Source: a virus
Lineage: Duplodnaviria; Caudoviricetes
Virus record (IMG/VR): IMGVR_UViG_3300016722_000007
Location: 1-36,129 of that record
Direction: 5' to 3' (one strand)
Length of the DNA stretch: 36,129 nucleotides
The notes below the pieces were generated by a model. It saw only the letters and a program-made list of their open reading frames with translations. It had not been told where the DNA came from and searched no databases. Positions 26,136 to 34,582 of the stretch are shown in pieces. Position numbers and translations under genes: made by a program. The first letter of the stretch is position 1, and each line of letters opens with the position of its first letter.

Positions 26136-27190
26136 TGGGCACGGGTTTCATTTGTCTTTATGATCATTCCTTCAAAGCACTAGGCACTTGGACTCAGCAC
26201 GTTGCCAAGGAATGGTCTTTGACAAGAAAAGCATTCGAAGCCGACGATTTTACCGCGACATGCTCCGATTGGGGCAATTCAAAGAACGCCTGTTTCGTTG
26301 GCTTGCACACCCCTTCTGGAACCTTGGAATACATTGCCTTTTGCGGGATTCCGGTAACGAAGGGAAAACTAACCACGGTCACCGGTTGCGACTGTCGCCA
26401 TGTCTTCAACCAAGACATCCATGTCTGTCTAAATAAGCAAACGACGAACGGATCCTATTCAATCCTGGATTGCCCTTCGTTGTTCTCTTATTTGCTCAAA
26501 GGCGTTTTCGCGGAAAACGGAATATCGCTTGGCATCGATTACGAGATTGATGTAAGCGATACCGGTTTTTGCGCATGGAATGAGGCCGCGATTGCTAGGG
26601 AGTCGTCAATTTCTAACATTTGGGATTTGATCCAAAAATTCAACGCCGTCTATAACACCGTCATGACCGTTGAATGGTCGGTTGATTCGGGAACCAATGT
26701 TTATTCGCTCAAATTCGTCGTTAGGCGGATCTATCAAAGCAGGGCACTGAAACTCTCTGATTACGACATCGTCATGAAGCTCAACCAGAACACCATCAAC
26801 CGCGTCGTCGCCTCCGATGGGAGCACATCGGTTACCTACTATCTTTACAACGACAATTCGGTAGGGATGACTTTCGATTCGTCAAAATGCCTCTTCCCTC
26901 CGAGAATTTTCACGATAGTCGATGAAGACATTGACAAAGCCAAGGCTAAGGCAATCGAAAAATTAAACGACAACAGATTCCAGGACAGGGTAACCGTTGA
27001 CAGAACGACGAAACTGGGGTCGACCCTGTCCGATTTAAACTTCACATACTTCGGCGATCTGGCTGGTTACAACGCTGCAGATTTGTCCACCTCGAAAAGG
27101 CTTCCAGTCTCTGCCGTTAAAACTGATTCAAAAGGGATGAACAAAATCGAGTTCGGAAGATTGAGCGACTATTGGTTTTTGGAGGAATGA
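26132..27190 (+). CDS. Tal / baseplate hub protein
   Basis: Follows Dit; LYD..F..LG N-terminus and terminal EFG; GAGG RBS before ATG 26132. Confidence 0.65.
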   Translation: MMGTGFICLYDHSFKALGTWTQHVAKEWSLTRKAFEADDFTATCSDWGNSKNACFVGLHTPSGTLEYIAFCGIPVTKGKLTTVTGCDCRHVFNQDIHVCLNKQTTNGSYSILDCPSLFSYLLKGVFAENGISLGIDYEIDVSDTGFCAWNEAAIARESSISNIWDLIQKFNAVYNTVMTVEWSVDSGTNVYSLKFVVRRIYQSRALKLSDYDIVMKLNQNTINRVVASDGSTSVTYYLYNDNSVGMTFDSSKCLFPPRIFTIVDEDIDKAKAKAIEKLNDNRFQDRVTVDRTTKLGSTLSDLNFTYFGDLAGYNAADLSTSKRLPVSAVKTDSKGMNKIEFGRLSDYWFLEE

Positions 27191-28164
27191 CAATGGCACT
27201 TACCTTGTTGCGGAAAAATAACTCAGACCCAATCACGGCTTTCCATGACTCTTTGTTATGGCACTCACTGCTTGGAACGGGAGTTTTGGATTCGGCCTAT
27301 GACGGATTCAAAGGCAATGTCTCATCCTCGTCTTTCAGCATTTCATCGGGCCTTATCGTCTTCGGTGGAAGGCTGATAGAAATCACAAAAGGAACGTTTT
27401 TGACTCTCGACACCAGCGAACTGACTGGTCTTGCTTGTTTCGTATACCTCTCGGTTACGATCTCTTCAGACGACTCGGCCAGCTCGGTTTCAATCTACGC
27501 TTCAGCAGAGAGCAATTTGGCCACACAAAAAACACCAGTCGACGGGGTTGGCACATTCGTTTTGCTTCTTTTCTCTTTCAGCAAGCAAACCGGAACGGTG
27601 TCCGAGCTATTCAAGCGCATTATGCCGGGAATCGCCCTCAACGCCGTTAACCTCTTGGGCGGTGGATACATAAACGGCATCAAATTCTCCGACATCTTTC
27701 TTTCCGATATGTCTGGCGTCAAGTACGCCTTGGAATCTGACGTGGCCGCCGAGGCGGATGGTTTCGTTGGTGGATCAAAGAACATCGTGAAGAGCAATCT
27801 CTATATGCCAAATAGAGGAGTTTACCTTCTTCAGGACGCCATCTTGGTCAATATCGAAGGGGTCACCCTGAACGCAGGAGAAACGCAGAACTTCGCCTTC
27901 ATCAATTCTGAAAGCCTTCAGCAAGGAGAGGATATCGTGGAAGTCGACTATACACTTAACGGCGGAAACACCATTCGAAAAAGCGGCCAATTCGCAGATG
28001 ACCTCTCATCGAGCCATACAGCGACTTCGTTCATGATAAACGGAGGGGTTCATATCTTGATTTTGGCCAGCCAAAAGAAACTTCAACTCATTAACAAAAA
28101 GAGCAATCCCCTAACCATAACAAGCCTGCGGGTTGACGCGCTGTGCTTCGGAGGATCGGTATGA
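27187..28164 (+). CDS. Baseplate / tail-appendage protein 1
   Basis: N-terminal ITA.HD...G.GV...I.SG....GGR.IEI baseplate-attachment-like motif; start is ATG 27187 or 27193. Confidence 0.6.
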   Translation: MTMALTLLRKNNSDPITAFHDSLLWHSLLGTGVLDSAYDGFKGNVSSSSFSISSGLIVFGGRLIEITKGTFLTLDTSELTGLACFVYLSVTISSDDSASSVSIYASAESNLATQKTPVDGVGTFVLLLFSFSKQTGTVSELFKRIMPGIALNAVNLLGGGYINGIKFSDIFLSDMSGVKYALESDVAAEADGFVGGSKNIVKSNLYMPNRGVYLLQDAILVNIEGVTLNAGETQNFAFINSESLQQGEDIVEVDYTLNGGNTIRKSGQFADDLSSSHTATSFMINGGVHILILASQKKLQLINKKSNPLTITSLRVDALCFGGSV

Positions 28165-29519
28165 CCGTTCGGATAGTTAACAAAAACGGAAATGCACGAC
28201 AATCGTTCATGGATTCGGCGATTTTCCATTTCGGGAAAGGGCCTGATAAGAACGAAAACCCTTACGGAATCATAAGATCGGAAGTCTCGGACCCCTTTTC
28301 CATGAGGTTTGACCAAGCGGCTCTTACGGCCTATCTTGAGCCAGGACTTTTCGAGATTTATGGCAGGGATATCGAACTAGATTCCGAGCAATTGGTCTAT
28401 GATTTCCATTCGACATCCGAATCATCGGTTATGTTTTGCACAGTTTACATCTCGATCAACTTGGAGGACTCGACTAGGCAAAACGCGACAATAGGCATCG
28501 ACATCAGCGGCGGGAATTTTAAGAACTTCGCCGCCTCGGGAATTCAGGATAACATCCTTCATTTGACTCACGGTGTGTTCCAGGCGCCGGTTTGCCGCTT
28601 TAAGTACACCCCTTCGTTAAGCTCGCCATTCTCCGACTTCGAAAAGGTTGCTTCCGTTTTGGACGACCAATCCCGTTTCGCCGTAAGAAACCTAAGAAAA
28701 GGGGACACCATAAGTGGGGTGCCGGTCGAGAGCATTTTCAATGGAAACAAGGCTATCAAAGCATCGAATTCGGAATCCTTGGCCATCTACAAAGCCAACG
28801 GAAGCAGCGGTAAGGACCTCAAAGGTTATAGCCACGCCGCTGTTGCCAAGGCGTTTGGGACTGGACTAAACGCCAATCAAATCGATTCGTCTATAACTGG
28901 TCTCTACACGGTTAAGCGCGTGAAGTTGTGTGACATCGATGGAAACTTCATGGGTTCGGATTGCAACATTGTCAAAGACGTGAAAGTCGACTTTGAGCAC
29001 CTGGATAGAGTCATCATGTTTTTCTCGCATGCGAAGCTGAAGGGTCATGGCGAATACTATGAGCGCGGAATAGCCACCTTTGGAATCATGAATTGGGCAA
29101 AAGGCGACGCCGAAGTTCAATTCGACTTGACCGATTATGAAATCAGCGGTTCAAATCTAGTTTCAACTGGTCTTTCGGTTTTCTTAAGGGGTTCTTTCGA
29201 AGCGACTGGGAATCCAATTATGAAAAGCCTTGGTTTCAAATCCAATGAGAATACTCTCAATGACCAGTTCCTTTCAATTTGGATTAGATTGGGCCCTTAT
29301 CAATTTTCTCAACACGATTTCGGCAAAATAAGCATCACGAAACTGGGGGACCACTATGCTAGGTTTTCCGCGAAAGGGAACCCTAATTCTCCGGTTTATA
29401 ACCAATGGTATCAATTCGCCGACTGGCGATGGTGGCAATACATGGCTCTAACCAACATCGAAGGGTCCGGAGAGATATATGCGGATTTCATTTATAAAGG
29501 GGAGGTTGACCTATCATGA
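28161..29519 (+). CDS. Baseplate / tail-appendage protein 2
   Basis: Similar N-terminus (PG.F.IYGR.IEL); GGAGG RBS; ATGA overlap. Confidence 0.6.
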   Translation: MTVRIVNKNGNARQSFMDSAIFHFGKGPDKNENPYGIIRSEVSDPFSMRFDQAALTAYLEPGLFEIYGRDIELDSEQLVYDFHSTSESSVMFCTVYISINLEDSTRQNATIGIDISGGNFKNFAASGIQDNILHLTHGVFQAPVCRFKYTPSLSSPFSDFEKVASVLDDQSRFAVRNLRKGDTISGVPVESIFNGNKAIKASNSESLAIYKANGSSGKDLKGYSHAAVAKAFGTGLNANQIDSSITGLYTVKRVKLCDIDGNFMGSDCNIVKDVKVDFEHLDRVIMFFSHAKLKGHGEYYERGIATFGIMNWAKGDAEVQFDLTDYEISGSNLVSTGLSVFLRGSFEATGNPIMKSLGFKSNENTLNDQFLSIWIRLGPYQFSQHDFGKISITKLGDHYARFSAKGNPNSPVYNQWYQFADWRWWQYMALTNIEGSGEIYADFIYKGEVDLS

Positions 29520-30607
29520 GATTAGTGGAAACGAAGAATTTGGCTCCAGGAATGACGCCCGATATCGGAGCGGCGAGAAATCGGATCGGCTCACGTGGGC
29601 AGAACGGTGCGATTTTCGGATTCTCTTTGAGCAACGTCAATGGCGTTGTCAAGGCGTCAAAAGGACTTTTATCCGTGCAAGGATTCACTTTTGAGGTCTT
29701 GGAAACGGAGGACGTCTTCGACATAGCCTCCTTCTCGGTGTCCTCCACGGAGACCTATATCATCTACTTGGCGGTAAGCTTCAACGCTTCGACGCGGGAC
29801 GTTTCTTCTACTGTCGAATGCTACAAGGCATCGGTTACGAAAAGCAACGTGTCAATCGAACAGGGGCTGACTGGCACCTATTTCTACCCATTGGCCAAAT
29901 TCGTCAAAAACGGACCGACGATCGTTTCTTTTGAGTCATCCGTTAAGGATATCAGCAACTCCGGAACAGGAACCAGCGTGGTCGTCCCTCAACCGACCCT
30001 TGCCATCGTCAATACTCATGCATCTCATAGCGGGGTGAAAAGCGTTGTGAATGGTTGGCTTATGATCGGGAATGTCCTGGAGTATTCGTCGCTAGCCTCC
30101 TCGTATGATGTTCAGTTCGTCTTTTTCCGAAAACTTCAGAAGGCACATACAAGGTCGGCTGAACTCCTTTGGACAACGAGAACGATGTGGTGCGAGAGCT
30201 CTAGATCCGGTAATTCCGGAATCGGGAACTTCTCAAAACTCACGGTTGGATACAACAATTTGACGTCAGTGATAATCAGCGGATCGACATTCCAGACGAA
30301 AAAATCGGTTTGCCCAATCTCCGAAATCATCTCCGCGGCTTTCTATTTGAAGGCCACCGGGGGAACGAAATCCCCTGTCGTTGAAGGATGCAATCCGGCA
30401 TTGATTAGAGCAACCCGAAGCCACAATGCCGGAACCAGTCGAGGAATAAGGCACAACTTCCTGGAATTCGCCTATAAAGTTCGCGTCTTCTCAAACGGAG
30501 TTCTGATCGGCGAGAGCGCGTTGTCGAATTCCGTGATCGTCATACCTAACGTAAAAGCGAAACAAGGAGGTGTGTTAGGAAGATACTTCACAATCAAATG
30601 CATTTGA
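29516..30607 (+). CDS. Baseplate / tail-appendage protein 3 with basic C-terminal domain
   Basis: Similar N-terminus (KG.L.VQG..FEV...YPLA.F), Ser/Gly/Thr linker, then a ~205-aa domain with 22 K/R versus 8 D/E by hand count. Confidence 0.6.
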   Translation: MRLVETKNLAPGMTPDIGAARNRIGSRGQNGAIFGFSLSNVNGVVKASKGLLSVQGFTFEVLETEDVFDIASFSVSSTETYIIYLAVSFNASTRDVSSTVECYKASVTKSNVSIEQGLTGTYFYPLAKFVKNGPTIVSFESSVKDISNSGTGTSVVVPQPTLAIVNTHASHSGVKSVVNGWLMIGNVLEYSSLASSYDVQFVFFRKLQKAHTRSAELLWTTRTMWCESSRSGNSGIGNFSKLTVGYNNLTSVIISGSTFQTKKSVCPISEIISAAFYLKATGGTKSPVVEGCNPALIRATRSHNAGTSRGIRHNFLEFAYKVRVFSNGVLIGESALSNSVIVIPNVKAKQGGVLGRYFTIKCI

Positions 30608-30615
30608 TTGATTCA

Positions 30616-30745
30616 TAGGGCTCTCTTGCGCCCCAATTCGTGGCCTGCAATCGGCGTCTGATGGAAATCTCGCCTGTGCTTGACGCGACTATTGAGCCTG
30701 CTGTCGCGGCGCTATTGACATGAAGTGGGGCACAAGAGAGTCCTA
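30616..30745 (+). ncRNA. Candidate structured ncRNA (~130 nt, multibranched)
   Basis: TAGGGCTCTCTTGCGCCCCA (30616-30635) pairs with TGGGGCACAAGAGAGTCCTA (30726-30745); extended by TTCGTG/CATGAA; inner hairpins GGCG..GAT-GGAA-ATC..CGCC and CGCGAC/GTCGCG. Confidence 0.6.
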
Positions 30746-30820
30746 AAAATAAAAAAAGCAAATTTCAATCGTTTGATTATTACCAACACCAATATTCCAT
30801 TACCTAAAAGGAGGAAAACA

Positions 30821-32953
30821 ATGGAAAAAACCTTAGAATTACTACTTCATGAATCCGGGGAGCTTCTGCCTATCAACGATGGGGCCAGCCTTGGCCTTGA
30901 ACTTGAAAGCGGAGCGACAACCATTCAGGTCGATCTTCCAAAATCTGCTTATGGAAATAAGCACTTTCTTGAGTTCGTCAAACCCGACGGAACCACCCTT
31001 TCGACTTCGGCTCTTAGCGAAAACACATCCGACTCAGGAGTTCACTACGTTTCTCTTGCCGTCTCCTCTCTCATCAACGACCAAACGGGGAGAGTGAGGA
31101 TGCAATATGTCGGAAGAAGCGGAACCGATCTATCTCTTGTCCAGAAATCAAACGTTGTCCCGCTTGACGTCGATTCTAGTATCAACGCAAGCGCCTCCAT
31201 CGAGTTGATCGACCCGGACTTTATTTCCTGGGCAATCAATCAGATATCGCTTCTTACCAAGAAAGTCGGCGGCCTCGACGACGACCCGACCGACGATCCG
31301 GCCACCAAGGAAGAGCTCAAGGCGGAATCGGACAGGGCGAAGGCGGCTGAGTCCGCCAACGCCTCGGCGATCGGGGTGAATTCCAATGCTATCTCAGCCG
31401 AAGCCATTCGCGCCACCGGGGTCGAGGCCGGGCACGCCAGCCGCATCAAGACATTAGAAGATCTCATCGACTCGAACATGTTCTTCTACGGGGCCAAGTT
31501 CTACGACGGCGACACGTCCGGCGAGCGCCTCGGGGCCGCCATCGGCCTTCAGGCCGGCGTCAACGGCGAGCCGAACGACTTCGACCACATGCCCCTTTAC
31601 AAGGACATCACAACCTACACCGATCCCTCCGGAAACAAGATCGTCAAGGTCGGGAAAAGCTTCTACCACAAGAGGTTCCACGGCGGGACACCGGGGCAGT
31701 CCGGCTACTGGTTCGCCGAATGCATCTCGCCGTTCCAGATCGACCCCTCGTGGGGCCTACATGACGCCTTCGTTGACAAAAACGGGGCGGACCGGGGCTT
31801 CTTCACGATCGGTCGCTACATGGCCTCGGCCAACGCCGGCGGGACGAAGCTCGTCACCGTGTCCGGGGCGCTTCCGAAGACGTCGCTGACGCCGACCCAG
31901 GCGAGGGCCTTGGCCGCCGCCGGAGGGGCGAAACTCTGCGAGAACCGAAAATTCGACGCGCTCGGGCTCCTCTTCAGGATCGAGTTCGCGACGAACGACG
32001 GCCAAAGCGTCTTCTCCGGTATCAGCTACTCGCTTTCCATCTACCCGACCGACCAGCCTGCGCGCCAGCTCGGCGATACCGGCAACACCGTCGTCTGCTC
32101 CGCCGCGGACAACTTCTCGGGGGACGAGGCCGAATGGGCCAAGGCCTTCGGGGTCGGGACTCCGATCAACGTCTGGGACGACAACAGCGGCGGGTTCGTC
32201 GGGGAGGTCGGCAGGCACGTGACGGCGATATCCTTCGTCGACGGTGTGAACCCCGACGGCGGAGCCCCGGAAAGAAGGGTGCAGGTCACCATCAGCGGAT
32301 CGCCCATCAACCTTCTCGACACGACCGAGTACTACGCGTGCGTGCAGAACTTCAGCCCCATCACGGGGCAGACCGACTCCTTCGCCGGATCCTCTTCCGA
32401 GGACGCGGCCAGATACAAGGGCATCAGGACTTTCTCCTATCGGGGGGTGGAGAACCTCTGGGGCCTCTTCTGGCAGTTCGCCGACGGCGCCTGCCACGTC
32501 ATCCACAACGCGCCGACCTCCGCCGGATGCTCCACGAAGAGGTTCGAGTGCTTCGATCCGGCCCATTACGACGAGATCGCCAACGCGTTCGTCGGCAACA
32601 CGGAGAGGGCGTCCCTCCTGATGCCTCACTGGGAATGCGTCTACACCTATCAGGGAAACAACGCCGGCCCGAACGGGTACATCCGCGACTTCGCCGACAC
32701 GCCCGTCTCCGGCCACTACGGCATCGATGTGTCGCTGTCCTCCGCGGGAAGCAACGTGAGCTTCGTCCCGGACTACGCAACGATACCCAGCGCGAACACC
32801 AACCCGATTGAGCAGGAGCGCCTTTGCGTCTCCTATCGCGGCGGCGGCGCCAGCGACGGGGCGTACGGCGGTCCTTGCGACCTGTACGGCCTCAGCGACC
32901 CGAGCGACGCTGATCCGTACTGCGGGTTCCGGCTTTCTTACGATCCTTCGTGA
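30821..32953 (+). CDS. DGR target: tail fibre / receptor-binding protein, BppU-like N-terminus and C-type-lectin-like (Mtd-like) C-terminus
   Basis: AGGAGG RBS before ATG 30821; LEFVKPDG anchor region, coiled coil, IGRYMAS, YRGVENLWG..WQF.DG, terminal RGG...GFRL containing the VR. Confidence 0.88.
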   Translation: MEKTLELLLHESGELLPINDGASLGLELESGATTIQVDLPKSAYGNKHFLEFVKPDGTTLSTSALSENTSDSGVHYVSLAVSSLINDQTGRVRMQYVGRSGTDLSLVQKSNVVPLDVDSSINASASIELIDPDFISWAINQISLLTKKVGGLDDDPTDDPATKEELKAESDRAKAAESANASAIGVNSNAISAEAIRATGVEAGHASRIKTLEDLIDSNMFFYGAKFYDGDTSGERLGAAIGLQAGVNGEPNDFDHMPLYKDITTYTDPSGNKIVKVGKSFYHKRFHGGTPGQSGYWFAECISPFQIDPSWGLHDAFVDKNGADRGFFTIGRYMASANAGGTKLVTVSGALPKTSLTPTQARALAAAGGAKLCENRKFDALGLLFRIEFATNDGQSVFSGISYSLSIYPTDQPARQLGDTGNTVVCSAADNFSGDEAEWAKAFGVGTPINVWDDNSGGFVGEVGRHVTAISFVDGVNPDGGAPERRVQVTISGSPINLLDTTEYYACVQNFSPITGQTDSFAGSSSEDAARYKGIRTFSYRGVENLWGLFWQFADGACHVIHNAPTSAGCSTKRFECFDPAHYDEIANAFVGNTERASLLMPHWECVYTYQGNNAGPNGYIRDFADTPVSGHYGIDVSLSSAGSNVSFVPDYATIPSANTNPIEQERLCVSYRGGGASDGAYGGPCDLYGLSDPSDADPYCGFRLSYDPS
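32834..32939 (+). repeat. DGR variable repeat (VR)
   Basis: Ungapped 106-bp alignment to 33032-33137 with 16 mismatches, each opposite a TR adenine. Confidence 0.96.
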
Positions 32954-32961
32954 GAGGTTCC

Positions 32962-32985
32962 GTCAAGGGGACGCCTCCCCTTGAC
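32962..32985. other. DGR target-recognition hairpin/cruciform
   Basis: Perfect 10-bp stem GTCAAGGGGA/TCCCCTTGAC with 4-nt loop CGCC just downstream of the VR; no U-tract. Confidence 0.8.
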
Positions 32986-32997
32986 ATAGGAGAACAG

Positions 32998-33234
32998 GGC
33001 GCGTCGCGTGCATAAGGTTCCCTCCTCTCCGAATCGCGGCGGCAACGCCAACAACGGGGCGAACGACGGTCCTTGCAACCTGAACGGCAACAACGACCCG
33101 AGCAACGCTGATCCGAACTACGGGTTCCGGCTATCTTGATTCGATCACGGCACGCGCCGTCCTCGCCGAGCGCGAAAATAGGCTATTTAAGGGGCCGGCT
33201 GGTAGGCCGAAAGGCTCGAAAACCGGCTTAAGCC
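32998..33234 (+). ncRNA. Predicted DGR template RNA (5' leader + TR + structured spacer)
   Basis: CGCGTGC (33005-33011) can pair with GCACGCG (33150-33156); spacer has GCCGG/CCGGC and GCC-GAAA-GGC hairpins. Ends approximate. Confidence 0.6.
33032..33137 (+). repeat. DGR template repeat (TR)
   Basis: Intergenic copy of the VR with 11 AAY triplets in the VR frame; lies between target and RT. Confidence 0.96.
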
Positions 33235-33250
33235 AAAGAAAGGACGAACG

Positions 33251-34324
33251 ATGAAAAGAAAAGGAAACCTCATGAGGGGGATGCTCGCCGACGCGGCAGT
33301 CCTCTCGGCCATCGAGAGCGCCGCCAAAGGCAAAAGGAACAAACCAACCATTGCCAGACGCCTCTCCCGCCTCGAAGACACGGCCTCCCAAATCAAGTCG
33401 CTCGTCTCCTCCGGGAGTTTCTCCCCTTCGCCGATGCAGACCATGAGGATCGTCGAATGCGGGAAGGAAAGGATCATCAGCAAACCACCTTTCTTCCCTG
33501 ACCAAATAATCCATTGGCTGGTCGTCGACCAGCTGAAGCCCCTCCTCATGAGGGGGATGGAGAAAGGCGTCTGCGGGTCCGTCCCCGGTCGCGGGGCCGA
33601 AGAGGCCAAGAGGCTTGTCAGGGGATGGATCGTCCACGACAGGAAAGGCACCAAATGGTGCCTCAAGATCGACATCCATCACTACTACCAGTCCATCGAC
33701 CGCTCCGTCCTGTTCGGGAAAGTCGGGAGGCTGGTCAAGGACCCGTGGATGCTCAGCCTCGTCGGTAAGCTGATCGGCGGGCCGGGCATCGGGATCCCGA
33801 TCGGGACCTACTGGAGCCAATGGATGGCCAACCTCTACCTCCAGTCCTTCGACCATTTCGTGCACGAGGGCCTGAAGATTGCCCATGAGGTCCGCTACGT
33901 CGACGACGTCGTGGTCTTCTCCCCGAACCGCAGGCAGCTCATGAAAGCCCAAAAGGAGATGGCCGCCTTCCTCGCGAAGGAGGGCCTCGAGATGAAGCCG
34001 AGCTGGTCGGCGTTCCGGACATCCGAAAGGGACGTCGACTTCGTGGGCATACGCTTCCATGGCAACGGCAAGACGTCGATCCGCAAGCGGATCTGGCGAG
34101 AGGCCAGGCGGACCGTCCTTCGGATCGGGCACCACGGCCTCGGGGCCTCCAGGGCCCGCAGGCTGATGAGCTACAACGGGTGGTTCCAAGGGACCAACAA
34201 CTTTGTGATCAAGACCAAATACCTCGCGAAGATCGACATGAGGGCCGCCAGGCGGAAGATCGCCGAGGCGCCCGCAAGAAAGCAAATGCCCAGCGAAAGG
34301 AGGGCAAAAGCATGCAGAAACTGA
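33251..34324 (+). CDS. DGR reverse transcriptase
   Basis: GKERII, DQIIH, LKIDI..YY.SI, GIPIGTYWSQWMANLYL (DGR-type GxxxSQ), RYVDD, DFVG, SYNGW; 357 aa; no maturase/endonuclease extension. Confidence 0.96.
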   Translation: MKRKGNLMRGMLADAAVLSAIESAAKGKRNKPTIARRLSRLEDTASQIKSLVSSGSFSPSPMQTMRIVECGKERIISKPPFFPDQIIHWLVVDQLKPLLMRGMEKGVCGSVPGRGAEEAKRLVRGWIVHDRKGTKWCLKIDIHHYYQSIDRSVLFGKVGRLVKDPWMLSLVGKLIGGPGIGIPIGTYWSQWMANLYLQSFDHFVHEGLKIAHEVRYVDDVVVFSPNRRQLMKAQKEMAAFLAKEGLEMKPSWSAFRTSERDVDFVGIRFHGNGKTSIRKRIWREARRTVLRIGHHGLGASRARRLMSYNGWFQGTNNFVIKTKYLAKIDMRAARRKIAEAPARKQMPSERRAKACRN

Positions 34325-34575
34325 AAGCCGAGTCGTCCGTTTCCCCGAAGCCAAAAGTGGTTGGGAAGACCTTCGTCGACATCAACGCCAACGTCAGGCA
34401 GGTCACGAAGACTCTGGGCAAGGGCCCGACCGCGACCGCGACCGCGTCTACCGTCTACGCCTACGACGTCGAGCGCTATACCATCCAGGAATACATCGCG
34501 AAGATCTCCGACGAGTCGGCGGCCTCGGCCACCGCCGTTGCGGAGCTGTCCGACCTGATCCTGACAAAGGAGTGA
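34312..34575 (+). CDS. Small tail-fibre-associated protein
   Basis: AGGAGG RBS; YAYDVERYTIQEYI...AVAELSDL pattern of small proteins that follow tail-fibre genes. Confidence 0.6.
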   Translation: MQKLKAESSVSPKPKVVGKTFVDINANVRQVTKTLGKGPTATATASTVYAYDVERYTIQEYIAKISDESAASATAVAELSDLILTKE

Positions 34576-34582
34576 AAAACTT

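Noticed and set aside
27187-30607. Second DGR target among the other appendage genes
   Set aside because: By eye, none of their 3' ends resembles the TR; a relaxed BLASTN with the TR against the whole genome would settle this.
30616-30760. Structured element as a rho-independent terminator or tRNA
   Set aside because: No U-tract follows the stem on either strand; it is too long and branched for a terminator and lacks tRNA D/T-loop consensus and CCA.
30725-30820. GTG start at 30725 for the DGR target given by the ORF track
   Set aside because: It lies inside the ncRNA stem with no RBS; ATG 30821 has AGGAGG at good spacing.
33251-34324. RT as a group II intron, retron or Abi RT
   Set aside because: It has the GxxxSQ motif, no maturase/endonuclease region or retron VTG motif, and an adjacent adenine-specific TR/VR pair.
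31757-34354. Long minus-strand ORFs 31757-32716 and 33131-34354, and alternate-frame ORF 32134-32811
   Set aside because: Shadows of GC-rich genes on the + strand; no recognisable motifs.
34428-34465. GACCGC x3 and CTAC repeats as a phase-variable tract
   Set aside because: The hexamer is in frame (Thr-Ala linker) and too short to suggest switching.
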